NCBI RefSeq assembly: GCF_036321535.1
Contig: NC_087437.1
Coordinates: 120,096,001-120,160,000 of the forward strand
Direction: 5' to 3'
Length of the DNA stretch: 64,000 nucleotides
Source of the DNA: Camelus dromedarius
Lineage: Eukaryota
Below the pieces are notes generated by a model that ran no database searches, had not been told where the DNA came from, and worked only from the letters and a program-made list of their open reading frames with translations. Position numbers and translations under genes: made by a program. Position 1 is the first letter of the stretch. Each line of letters starts with the position of its first letter. Positions 27,433-40,061 of this stretch are shown here, in pieces.

Positions 27433-28241
27433 CTGAAATACAAAACGCAACAACTTTATATTATGGAAAATTAAATGTAAACACTTAACCGGTCTCCTGC
27501 GAAGATCGCTTCAGTCAAGACTCAGTGCTGAAAAAAGAGCAAGTTATTTTCTTTGGAAGCAGAGACGTTTCTTAGTTGATGGCTGTCTTGGAGCACCCTA
27601 ACACTGCGATGGAAGAGATCCCATGATATGATAATACTGTATTTCTGCCACAGACTGTAACAATTCTCCAAGTTCCAATCCAGTTAAGGCTGCACACAAC
27701 TTGGCAGGCTACTACCAAAATACTCTTGTTGCAGAAAACTTTTAATGAACACATGAGAAAGAAAAGTGCCTGTGTAAACTGATTAGAGAAATACAATTAT
27801 TACATATCATGAAATCTCCACTTCCTAGAGGAAAAATCGTAATGGTGAAATAAAACCCACACTTACTGGGCAACTTACCTTATTGATTCCTAAGCATTCC
27901 TAAGATTTTTGATTTTACAGAAAGAACTTAATAATTGCCAGGGGTTCAGTCACTGCAAAGACCAATGATTGGCTGGTGACGTTCAGATGGCACAGGGACG
28001 GACCCCTCTTGTTAAGCAACGTCAATCAAGGGAAGAGGCCGGGCCATGACCTTCCCCAGACAGCCTGCTGAACGTGGCCAAGTATCAAGTTCTTGCTGTG
28101 CGCACCACGGACTTCCATCACCTTGTCCTGTTTGCAACAGCTCTATGTCAGCAGCTCAGAAGCCAACATTGTTTGTCTCAATTAAGAGTGGGCTCTTTAA
28201 CACCATTGTTTTAAAAAAATTTCTCCAACTGTGGGACTTAC

Positions 28242-28308
28242 AGTGTGAGCCGTCAGCCGTCTGTGCACTGTTTTGGGGATTACGATAGATGTTTTGAATC
28301 AAGATGGT
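28242..28308 (-). CDS. U2AF1: U2AF35 exon Ab (isoform b), mutually exclusive
   Basis: 67 nt; TILIQNIYRNPQNSAQTADGSH; cgcag / gtaagt. Confidence 0.97.
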
Positions 28309-30753
28309 CTGCGGGGAAAAAAAAATAAAAAGGGGAATTCTACTGGCTGCTGTGCATATATTAGACAATTGCAAAGAGACAACTTGTTTGCAAATGGCTC
28401 AACGCTTGCTGTTTGTTTGTTTCCTGCAAGTCAGACACTTGTCTTCTGAAGAACACACCCAAACCATCATATTATGAAAACAGAGTTTGAGCAGTGACTT
28501 GGGTCAAGTCAGCCAGCAACCAAGAAGAAACTGTAACTGTTACTTTGAGTAGTAGTCCCACGTTATGGAAGTGTTTTAAGGCAAGGTAAACAAGAGAACG
28601 CTAACATTTTCTTTTACTTCAAGCTAGCAGACACTAAGAGGTCAAAAAAAGTCATATTATAATCATATTCCCCATATGAAATTATTATTTTTTAAACCAA
28701 ATGCATAACTCAGCTATATGCAGTCCATCAAGCTCTCTTGGTCTCGTAGGAAACAGGACACCGAATGGGTTTCCTAACTGTCACGGACACCTATCACATT
28801 CACATTTTCTTGGTGGGATCTCTGTTTACATAATACAATAGCTTAAAACATTTGCTCTTTTCCGATCCTTCTTTTAAGGGAAAAAAAATCCTTTTAGCCC
28901 TTGTGCTTTAAACTGGATCAGGCAGACTTGAAACCTTACATTGTACCGTTCTTCTTAAAACCAAGTTGTCTGAAAAAACAAACCATGTTTAAGTTAGTAG
29001 GCTAGTATATTACATGAATCCTAATGTCCACATCACTGTAAGCTTAAAAAGAAACCCACACTGAATTATGCTAGAGGTTTACAAGCTGAATCAATAAGCT
29101 GCATAATTTAGGAAAACACTTAGTCCCAACATGTGGCCATGGCAGTCTTGTAAGTGGTTTTTACAAACCCAGCCAGTTCCACCTCTAGCTGCGTTTTGAA
29201 GGGGAGTGGCTGTGAGAGCCCCCTCAAAGGTCTGCTCTGGGAAACCCACTTAGGAGGACGCCCAACAGCCAGACAGCACACCCCTAACCAGACTCCCCCC
29301 CTCAGGGCCTGGCCTCCTGCCCAAGCCGCTGAGTACTGCCCAGAGCCAGCTTATCTCGGGCCTCAGACGCCTCCCACTCAGAACCGGACTCCCACCAGCA
29401 TGACGACTCTGGTGGAAAGCTATCCTGAGCCCAGTTACTCAACAGGAAACTAATCTGAGGTCTCACTTGGGCCATCTGTGTAATGAGGGAAACTTCACTT
29501 AAAGAGAGCAGTGCAGCTCCATCAGAACCAGGGTGGTCAGGATCACCCAAAACCAACCAATCAATCAAGACAAGAGGCTCAAGTTAACACGTACAATCGA
29601 GCCCACTAAATTTTAATGGAATCGTGGCCACTGGCCTAGTGGGTGAAATTCAGTTCATAAATTGAGGCACTTGAAAAAGAAATACAACAGAAAGTGTAAG
29701 GCAAATTCTCCAATATTCTGAATTTTGAAAGAGACGTGTTCAAAGCTAATAAATTAGGAAACACTGTCTCTTTCTTACACCAATTGGCTGATTTTCCTAA
29801 ATACTTACAGGAAAACATTGTTAGAGGTTCAAAACGTGAACAAACACCGTGCGCTCACAGGCAGAGCCCGGCAGACCCCGCGGGCGCTGAGAGGCCCCAG
29901 GGCCCTCCGTCGGCAAGGACGGGGGTTCGATGTTTTCACATTCCAAGTGGTCAAGCAAACGCGGGCAGAAGTTTTCTGTTCCTCTTAGAGGTGCTTTCTC
30001 CCTTTGATTCACTTGCAGGGTGCAAACCCTTGTGTTTTCTTCAATTAACCAAAAATAACTACCAAAAATCACAAGTTTTGACTGGTCTGAACTCACAGCA
30101 GACCCAAGCCCAAGGTAACAGGCATCTCTCGATTAACTGAATAGACTGCCCACGAATAACTGAAGATAAACACCCACGTTTCAATGTTAAGTTTCATTTT
30201 TCCGTATTTCTCTGACATGACACAACTTGGTGTTCCCCTGACTGGGATCTAAGGGGACACGCCCAGGAGCACCAGAGCCCCCGCACGCACAGCACCACGG
30301 CTCTGCTGACAACCACGCAGCACCTCTGCTGAGGTGGCTCCGGACGCCCCCACGGCTGGCGAGAGCACCAGGCAGGAAGCGCGCTGCGTCCGCCAGGGCT
30401 TGAAAGAGGCTAAGTCAGTGCTGGCCGGGCCGCCCTCCCCACCTGCGTCTGTCAGAGGCAGGGAGGGTGGCTTGGCAGTGAAAGCCAGTCACAGCTAACA
30501 TGCCAACGTGTAAAGTTTCTTTTTAAAAAGTTTCTCTAATGATAAAAATAGGGGTGATGCTCTCAGACCTTCCACTAGAGGTGGGTCACCTGCCTCATTC
30601 TCATTTAAACAAAACACTTATGAACACAAATGGAAAACTAGAGGGAAGAAAATGACCTGCTTAACATGAAAATTATTAACTGCCTCTGTAAAGTACATGA
30701 AGTTTTGACAATTTACATAAAAACAGGGGGAAGAAAAGGAAAAACAAACAAAC

Positions 30754-30841
30754 CTGGCTAAAGGTCGGTTTGTTGTGCAGCCGAGAGCATCTGTCTCCAT
30801 GGCGACACGCTCCGATCTTGAAATAAAATGAACAGTTGACT
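30754..30841 (-). CDS. U2AF1: U2AF35 exon 2 (zinc finger 1; S34 codon TCT at 30786-30784)
   Basis: 88 nt; [29 protein letters not shown]. Confidence 0.98.
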
Positions 30842-31117
30842 CTGTGAAGGAAAATAGGAGCTGATTGTTTCTCTGGGAAGATACCAAACAGATGGAAACG
30901 CATCATCAACATGAGACATGCTATCAAACTACTCTCCCTCCGCCTCGCACACACACAGGCCAGCTGTGTTCACTGGTCGCAGTGTCTGCCCCTTCCTGGT
31001 AGCATTCTGGGACTACTCAGAGTCAGTTAGCTCCTCTACAAACACGCAGCCTTTCGACGAAGAGCGCTCTCTTCTAACTCGAGTCCTCCTCACCCCAATC
31101 CCCTCCACTTCCAAACA

Positions 31118-31332
31118 CAGCTGACCTGCGAACAGCACAGGTTTGGACTACATGGGTCCACTTATACTTGGGTTTTTTCCACTTACTAAATACTGCAGTA
31201 CTACGCGGCCCATGGGTGGATGAACCTGATTCAGAGCAGCAGACAGGCAGGGCTGACGGCCACGCACTTGGCCCGCACCACTGGCCATGTGGGGGGCGGC
31301 ACGCTAGCCCCGTGCTGCTCCAGGGTCAACTG
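31118..31332. mobile_element. Tigger2/MER8-like non-autonomous DNA transposon in U2AF1 intron 1
   Basis: Terminal inverted repeats cagctgacc... / ...gggtcaactg; gggtccacttatac motif. Confidence 0.7.
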
Positions 31333-33879
31333 CACTTCTTGGCTCTACTGTTTTCTCTTAAGTTGAATATGAAATTAGTCTAAAACTATATTTAACTTAA
31401 AACCTATCTGTTCTCTAGTCTCCCACGATAAAATTCTCTGGAGGACATCCACACAGGGCAGTGAGGGGTCAAGATGTGACTGCTGCTGCCTGTCCGGGCC
31501 TGAGCCAGTTTTCCCAACAGTGCGGGTCTCAAGAACCATCTGAAGACTGAGGAAAATGCCAACCTGGCATTGTTCCGAGAACCAGGATCAGATATACCGT
31601 CTGTGTGCTCATTACACAGTGCTCATTAAATGCAATCATCATCATCTACATAAAACACAAAGTCAGGTTCTCTCACCCAAGACACCAAACCAATAAAAAA
31701 TTTCCAGAAGCAGGTCTGAAGTAAACAATTCCCCCAGCTTCAGTACACTGAAAACAAGCTCTTAGGGAGTCCACTCTACCTACAGGGCTAACGAGGCCAC
31801 CTCTGTCCCCACCAGGAAGCCCTCCCTTATTATGCCCAATACTTGGACGATCCCGATAAAATCAAAAGCAGCAACCCAGCCAACACGACAGCAATGCAGG
31901 GGGGCTCAGCAGGCCTGGGAGGTGTCCAAATTCAGACGTGAGGCGGGAAAGTTACCCTGTAGATTCAGTTTCTAGCAAGCGCCATGAGATAGCCAATCCA
32001 CAATTGAGATCAAAGGACCTCGATGAAATCTGATGGGCTATGAAGATCAACTAGCCACTAATTTATTATTAGATGGAAGTAAAGATGGAAAAATCTGAAT
32101 TTATCAGGGGAGAAAACGATCACTACACTATCTGCCAAATTATCTTACAAGTCTGCTCTTACTTGAGATTATTTAATTTGAGCATTAACACTGCATCTCC
32201 CAGAAGTCACTCCAAAATGAAGCGCTTATTTTAAGAACATCTCAGAATGGACAAAACTCCTGTCTCAACAATTAATACCCAACTATCGCACGTAATTTAA
32301 ATGATCCTTGTCTCTGTACTTCCAGAGATGACTTTCATTTCAGGATGCGCAGTTACTTCCTAACAGTGACACAGTGTATCAGCCGGAAGTGTCCTAGCGC
32401 TCTGCTTACTAACCTACTGAAATAAAAGAAAAAGATGAAAAAGACATAATTTACTATCACAGAGAAGATAATAGAGGCTAATCCATGCTTACATTTAGAT
32501 AATGTCCATAACTTTACATGTGTGATTAGCTAAATATTTTTAATTGGTAGAGGCCTACATTTTACTTTTAGCTTAAATTAAAAAAAAAAAGTTAGTGGGA
32601 ATCCTCATCTTTAGTTTTTAGGAGTTGAGATGTTTCCTGGAAATTAAAACCCCACCAAGTCTCCCTGAAACAAGAAACCTGGATTAAATGATCAACTTTG
32701 CAGAACTGCAGCCATGACTTTTACAATACAGCTCCAATAGACTGAAATGTGGTTATTTACAGCAGGAATATAAAAAATGTTATTGGAATAAATCTCTGAA
32801 CTAAGAGTTTTGTAGAGTAAGAAATAGTGAAGACACCACATTATGCAGCTTTTTACAAGAACAAGGGGAAAAAACCTGCATGAGCAGGAGTCATGGCCCT
32901 TACTAGGATCTGCTAGAGTGAAATTAACATGGCATGTCCTTCAGAAAACTGGGAGAAGCCTCTTTTTCTACTCAATTCCAGAGGTGGCCAATTCATTCCC
33001 GATCATGTTCCCCAAGCTGCCTCCTCTGTGAGCCACATCATTCGGAGCACACACCTCTTCCACAGCACTTAACACGTTTAGGTGCATTTTACTTTAGTTA
33101 CCCTTTATGCAACAAGCACCCCTCTCTCTTTGAGTTCCTTGAGAACAAGATCCAAATAAATGTTCTCCACTTCTGAGTCTCCAGATTTGGTCTCAGGTTG
33201 ACACCCAATAAATGTTTCTGGAACGAGTATGACTGACGATTCTGTCTTGTGAATTTTACTAGGAAAAAACATGAACCCCTCTTCTAAACAACACAGATGA
33301 TCCTAGCATGTGCAAAAACAGACATTTTACAAGATAGACTGCACCCTGGAAAACAATTTAAATAGTGTTCGATAAAGTGGTATTAAAACATTATCTATAG
33401 CAATCTTAGGAGTTTATCACTAAAAACATTCACATAAGCCTTGTACAGCCCTGAAAAATCCCGATGGTAACCACTTATTCAAAGAATAGATTAAGCTAAG
33501 CACTCAATCTTCAAGTTTTCAAAGTAAGAATTATCCTCCAAAGTGTTGAAAAACATCCCCTTTAGTCTAAACTTCGGTGAATGCACTGGAAATTAATACA
33601 TGGTAAAGTCAAAACTACACTTTTTACTTTTAACCTAACAACTGGCTAGGGAAGGAATGCAACCTTAGAGAGAGAAAAAAAAACCTTGTTCTTATATTTG
33701 AACCGCATCTTAAAGTATTTTAAAAGCAGACTATGTCTTTTATGGTCAGTTAAGCCGTAATCTCCATAATACTTTTTTTACATCAAATGTCCTTAGGACC
33801 GGCCCGATCATCGCTCAAACACGCAAAAGTCTCGTTAAGCGGATAAAGCCCCCAGCAGTTAGGACCCTAAGTTACCTAA

Positions 33880-35150
33880 CGATGTACCACGGGCGAGATC
33901 TGCACCACAGCTTGCCCGGACTCGACCTTAAAAGCTGAAAGTTGGGGGAACTGTTAACGTTGACAACTTCAGCACAACTCGAGACGACTCCCGAGAGCCG
34001 GGGGCCCGGGGCGCCAGCAGGCGGGCCGCCGAGGGGCCAGGCCGGAGAGGCCGCGCCGCCCGAGCGGAAGCCCGCAGCCCGCCCGGGCCCTGTCGCCCGC
34101 CCGCCCCGGCGCACGAGGCGGCGGCGCGCTGCTCCCGAGGCCGGAAGGCCCGCTGCGCCCCTCCCCCGCCGGGCCTCCCGCCGCCGCCGGGACCACGCTC
34201 CCGAGCCCACGCGCACACCGCCCGCCTCCCCGGCCGGGATCCCCGGCGTCCGGCTCTCACTCACTTGTCTTTCTCGGTGCCGAAGATGGAGGCCAAGTAC
34301 TCCGCCATTTCCCACCGGCCGCCACCGCCGACACTGCTGCCGACGCCGACGACCCCGCCCGACGCCCGCGGGAGACGTCACCTGGACGCGACAACGCTCG
34401 CCCCGCCCCGACGACGTGGAGGCGCTGCCCAATCGGGAGAGGCGCTGCCTGCGCGTAGGCGGGGCTTGGCGCGCGCGGGAGGCACCGCCCTCTCAGCCGG
34501 GAGCCCGCGCGCTGCCCGCCAGCACCCCCACCCGGCGCTCGCCTGCCCCACGCCCGCCCTCCGGGCTCCGCGCGCCCGGGGCTGGGGCTGAGGCCCCCGA
34601 TTCCCGCCGGCGCCCCCAGTGCCCTGAGAAGCCGAGCGCGCAAACGGCGGTCGGGGAGGAGGAGGCCGCGGGCGAGGGGCTTCTCCACGCAGTCTCGGGG
34701 GCTGAGCCCTGGGCGCGCCCTCCCCGCACTTCCCCTGTGGGACCCCCACCGCCCTCCGAGCCCTTCCCCCGGGAAGACCCCATCTCCAGCGGCGCCGTGG
34801 GCAGGGAACGGAGTCGGGGCGCCCCGGGTCCCGGGAGAGCCCGGCGGGGTGCGGAGGGGCCCCGATCGTCTAGGGGGCCAGCGGCACGTCTTCTGGCCGA
34901 GCCGCCTGACCCACAAACATGAGCGGTGCGCGCGGTGGGCGCGCAGCGCGCAGGGGCCGGGGGCCGCGGGGTCTCGGGCTTGGGACCGGTCTGGGGACGC
35001 GCAGTAGGTCCCAGTACGTAAATCCTGAAGACCGCGGAAAAGCTGGATCGCAGGGAACGACGCGGGGAGAGGGGCAGGTGCAGGAGCGGAGCACGAGGTC
35101 AGACCCACGGGGACGCCGGGTCCTTCCCACGGAGCTCCCCATTTTCATCT
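33880..35150. promoter_or_regulatory. U2AF1: U2AF1 CpG-island promoter
   Basis: Very CpG dense; CRE-like GACGTCA 34374-34380, CCAAT ~34429, YY1-like CCGCCATTT over the start codon. Confidence 0.85.
34265..34308 (-). CDS. U2AF1: U2AF35 exon 1, coding part
   Basis: ATG at 34308; [14 protein letters not shown](K); donor gtgagt. Confidence 0.98.
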
Positions 35151-35706
35151 TTCCTCGTTTATTCTATTTTTTGGAGGCCCATCCTTTCTAGCACTGTTTT
35201 TCCCACCTTGCCCTCTTTTGTGTCACCATCCATCCTGGAGGTGGCTCCCTAGGAATACGTGGTCATCGTCCTGACTGCCCCGAGCGCCACTGTATGGTGA
35301 TGAATCGCTCGTTCAACGAATCACCTGTTGATGGGCACATGGGATGTTTCCAGTCTCACTTTTCCTAGCAGTTCTTCAACAAGTGGCCGCCTGCAGGCAT
35401 CTTTTTCTATTTGGGGCAAACTCACACCTGGTATATTTGCCCACCCAACTCTGAAGTCTGGGGGATGCAACACGAGTTTTATTCTGGGAGAAGGGCTACA
35501 CAAAAATGAGTTATCCTGGTGGTCTCTAGTGTGTGAAAATTTGGTATGGAACAGATTTGAGGATGGGTCACATGTGAAGAGGCAGAGATAATCAGATGCT
35601 CGCGCAGACCTCAGAGCAGCTCTGAAGAGCCTGGGCTTTGCACGTAGTTGCTGAACTGCTGTTTAGGTCATGGGTGTCACAGCGGGAGCTATGGTCCTAT
35701 TTGTCC

Positions 35707-36188
35707 TGTTGGCGAGGGGGCCATTTCCCCTCCACCGCTCTTGGATTCTGGTGGCTGGCCTAATAGTAAAACTGACATGAGAAAGGTTAACAGGAGAAAA
35801 AAGCTCATTTGAATTCATGCGCATGGAGGTCCCATAGAAGAAGTGGCCAAAGCAGCAGCTTTTATACTTTTTAGACAAAGAAGCAGTAAATTTGTGAGGA
35901 CTTGACAGGACTAAGAAACTTAGGTTTTGGGTGCCCAGTTAGAGAAGTAACGAGATTTGTTTGTGTAAGCTTCTTGCCCAATTCCCCACCTTTGGTGATA
36001 AAGGTGTCCTTCCTCCAGATGCAGAGGGGGCTCCTTTCACATGGGAAATTTACTTCCAGCTCTCAGGGGGGCAGAAAGAAGGGTCAGAGTGTCCCTCTTG
36101 CATTGCCTGTTTCTTAAGTAACTTTAATTCAAAATAATCAATATGCCATGAAGGCACATTTTGAGATGGCCTCTCCTGGGACCCAACA
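35707..36188 (-). mobile_element. ERV1-class solo LTR (MER34/MER39-like)
   Basis: TG...CA ends, near-4-bp TSD gtcc/gccc, shares motifs with LTRs at 36470 and 41268. Confidence 0.7.
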
Positions 36189-36469
36189 GCCCTCACACAG
36201 GGGAAGGGAGAGCTCTCTGGGATCTCTTTTATAAGGACATTAATTCCATAAATGAGGGCTGTGCCCACAGGACCTGATCATGTTTTAGAGGTTCCCTCTC
36301 CAAATACCATTGTATTGGAGGTTAGAATTTAACAAATGATTGACAGGGAGGGGAGTAGGTGGCTGCTTGGTTTTAAACTTCTTTGGACCCAGGGTTTCCA
36401 TTTATGAACGGGAGCGGTAACACCTACCTTGGTGAGTAGTATTGAATTTGGCACCTTGCAGGTGCTCAC

Positions 36470-37010
36470 TGTAGCTGAGCAAAATTTGCCACCCCAGAAT
36501 GTGTCTCTTTGGCAGGAGGATTAATTTAGGCTGATTATTTTTGAGAAACAGGACTCAGGAAGTCTTTCTTTTTACCTCCCCGTTAGCTGCCTAAATAAAT
36601 GAAGAAAGGGCCTGCTCCCGGAACAAAGCCACGACCAGAGATATCTGCAAAGAACGGGTGGGTGTGGCGGGGAGACCTAGAGATCGGAGTCCCTCTGTCT
36701 CAGTGTCTCTGCACAGCCCACGAGCATTTGTTCACCCAACACGTGCTTTTCCATCCTTGTGCTCGTTGCCTTCCTTGCCTTTGAAGTCCCACGCCATCCA
36801 CCCAAACACCGTCTTTTGTCTTCTGCTGAGATGGCATTTAAGGTGAGAGCTGCAGCTGTTTTGGTGAGATACTTCCTGGGTTTCTCCCATGTGTACACGT
36901 TACTTGACTTCTGTCTGGTGTTCTCCTGTTAACCTGACATGTGTCAATTTAATTCTTAGAGCAGCTGGATGACCCTAGACAGGGAGAGGGGAAGGTCTTC
37001 CTCCCCGACA
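36470..37010 (+). mobile_element. ERV1-class solo LTR (MER34/MER39-like)
   Basis: tgtagc...ccccgaca, TSD tcac/tcag, ttctcctgttaacctg motif. Confidence 0.7.
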
Positions 37011-38511
37011 TCAGTGAGCAGGAGCCGCTGGCACTGCTGAGCTGTGTTCTGTTTGCTGACGGTTCCCTCTTGCTGAACTGTGAGCCCTTTCCGCTCCCCG
37101 CTTCTATCTTTTCCTTGATTCCGTGGTAGAACAGACCCACAGCCCCTTAGCTGCAACCAAAATGCAAAAAGCTTTAAAAATAGCCTTTTTTCCCCCTGTA
37201 ACTTTGGTGGTAAGATTCAATTTGCTGCAAAATCTGACCTGACCTGACTGCTGCAGTCCCATGCTCCCAGGGGTGCAGGCACCTCTGTGGGTTGCTGATG
37301 TGTGTTCTAAATTTTAAAATTTATTTCTCCTTTTGTGACTTCGGGCTCAGTTGCATTATTCATGCATAAAAAAGAGTTACACACCCCACTGCTTGCTACG
37401 GGGGAGACACAGAAGTACTGACCCTGCCAGTATCAGGAAGCCAGGGATGTTGGGACCCCCATGATGTATGACTTTGGGAATCAAAGGAAAGGCAGTTGAA
37501 GTTTTGCAGTATTGGTGATGTCCAAGACCCACTGAGACGTGGAAACCACTGCAGGTGGGAGGTGGGCGGGGAAGGAGATGCTGACCGGAGTGGACGTGAC
37601 GTTCGCAGTGAGGACACCAGCGGATGCCAGGCAGCGACTTGCCGCTCATGGAACAGCTCGGTTACTGCAGGAACTGCTGATCTTTAAAGGTGAGCACGAA
37701 TATTCAGAAGGTTGGTGGTGGAAATGCGGGAAGGATTGTGATGGAGAACAATCTAAATGTCTGTGGTGGAAAACCTTCCCTTTGGGAAACAATGGAAAAG
37801 CATCCTGATGGATTTGCCAAGATGGTACCGGTGTAAAAGCCTAGTCTGCACCAGTCTTCAGAGCTGAGGAGGCAGGGGGGTCCTGTGCCGCATTTCCACA
37901 AAGGCATTAGGGTGGTTGAGGAGGGTGCAGATGGGGGTGGTTTCAGGTCACAAAGCACAGGCTGAGTCGGGGTGAAGCTGCCACAGGTGCGCGTGGTGAA
38001 TGCGTCCCTGCGTCCCCTTATGCAAACGAGCACGCACTGGATACTCAAGGACTGGTTTCTGCCTGATTGGATAGTCCCTTTCAGTCAGCAGCGTGAATTC
38101 ACTGCAGGTAAGCTGGGCCCAGGGACAACTAACGTTTCGTTATTTCTGCACGGCAGCACCGTACGGCTCCTTCCCGAGTGTCTTCTGAAAGGGATGTTTC
38201 TGACACTTACTTTGCCCTGACTTGTGAGAGGAGTTTACACCCCGTGAAGAGTGAAAACGAACGCCTTTCTGAGGTGGAGCTTGGGGGGGGGGTGCGTGGG
38301 AGGATGCTTCCTGCTGCTGACTTAGGTCCAGGGCTTCTGGAATAAGCTCGCCCGAGAGACGGCGGTTTCCCCAATCGCTGGTGCTTGGGCAGTGGGGGCG
38401 GGGGGACTCCCTAACACAGGCGTGGGCAGGCGTGCGCAGGACATGGCGCTCAAAATGGGCTGGAGAGGAGACCCGCCCGCAGGAGGGAGGAAGGTGATAG
38501 CAAACTTCATT

Positions 38512-38810
38512 ATATATATATTTTTTTAATTCTTATGTTTTATGGAAGTGTAGTTGATTTGCAGTGTTAATTTCAAGTGTACAGCAAAGTGATTCAGTTT
38601 TATATATATATATATATTAGATCATTTTCCACTACAGAAAAGAAATTGAATTTAGTTCCCTGTGCTGTACAGTAGTAGGTCCTTGTTGTTTATCTGCTTT
38701 ATGTGAAGCAGTGTGTACCTGTTAATCCAAACTGCTAATCTGTCCCAACCCCCTTCCTGCCTGGTAACTGCAGTTTGTTTTTCTATGTCTGTGAGTCTAT
38801 TTCTGGGCAG
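38512..38810 (-). mobile_element. 5'-truncated L1 3' end
   Basis: Reverse complement of the 5582-type 3'UTR; TSD acttcatt at 38504-38511 and 38811-38818. Confidence 0.8.
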
Positions 38811-39905
38811 ACTTCATTTACCCTAGAAGTTCATCAACCGAAAGTTTAAGGTGAAAAGGACATGGAGGAGATGCTGAGCAGCGAAAGGGGGCTGGTCTCA
38901 TTACTTCCTTGAGGGACAGAGGAATCCCGGTAATGGACCGAACACAGAGGAGGAGGAGTGGGGATGATGGGGGAGCCCCCGTGAAAACTGGGGGAGCCCC
39001 TGTGGACTACCTGGTCATAATGTATGACCTGCCAGTTGCTGGCTTCAACGTTGATCAGCCAGCAGGCACTCACCCAGCTAAAGAGACAGCTTAGTTCTGA
39101 GCTGGTGACCTGGGAGACGTGCCAGGAAGCACCGTCTCTGGGGTGCTGCATCGTGGCGCGGGACAACCATCCTCCAGCGCCCACCTCCAGCCTGGTGACC
39201 GGAGCCACACGACAACGCTGGGCCTCCCCCCAGAGCCCCTGCAGCCAGGTGTGGGGACGACTCACGGCACTGACACGTCCAGGCATTAAGCTTCGCTTGA
39301 ACTTGTGTATGTCTGAAGCTTTGTAACATTTCCCTTGGGAATAAGAAGGACTAGGAAACGTGCCGCCTGTGGTGACCTCAGCATCTCAGGGACCGCTTTA
39401 GTACTGCATAGATCAGCCGGGAGCAGGCTGCAACACTGCGTGGGGTGTGTGCCCCCTGAGTGGGGTGGACTTGGCTGCAGAAGTGCTGGTGTGCTTGAGG
39501 TTGGGGTCCCACCACAGGCCCCTACGGAGGTTAAACAATATATAGTATGTGCTTTTATTCACTTGTATGTTTGTTTTTCTTAGCTCTGAATGCTTTGAAT
39601 TCCAAAGCACAGCTGGCCCTGGATGACTCAGACCTGGCGCTCAGCCAGAGGATCCCAGGAAATGCTTGTGAGCGATTGAGAAGTGGTGAGGAGGGGTCAC
39701 TGCGCGTTGAGAGGGACACTCTGAGGGCAGGAGCAATGGCCGGGCCAGCCCCGGGGAGAAGAGGGGAGGAGGGCAGGGAGTAAGCCCGCTCAGCCAGTCC
39801 CTGTACCTGACCGATGCTCTTATGCTCAGAAGATGCGGGGGGAAATGCCTTGACAGCACTTCCTGTGCCCATCAGACACTTTGTCCCTGGGCAGTGCTGG
39901 GGCCC

Positions 39906-40061
39906 GGGTGTCAGATGAAGCACAGGCGTCCCAGTTAAATCTGCATTTCAGATAAAGGAAGAATAAATTTTTAGTGTAAGTATGTCCCAATCGTCGCATG
40001 GGATTGACTGTCATTTACCTGAACTTTGTCCTGCACTTCTGTGAACTAGGTCTGGCACCCT
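39906..40061. mobile_element. MER53-like hAT miniature element
   Basis: ccagttaaatctgcatttcagataaa...taagtatgtccca core; gggtgtcag / ctggcaccc inverted ends. Confidence 0.6.

Noticed and set aside
23056..30786. U2AF1 cancer hotspot codons S34 and Q157
   Set aside because: Both are wild type (TCT, CAG).
33942..35108. Long ORFs (326 aa +, 283 aa -) over the U2AF1 5' end
   Set aside because: CpG-island artefacts, rich in Arg/Pro/Gly/Ala with no recognisable domain.
37380..39330. Possible processed pseudogene or ERV internal region between LTRs
   Set aside because: No recognisable protein in any frame, no primer-binding site after the 37010 LTR end, and each LTR has its own TSD; left unclassified.
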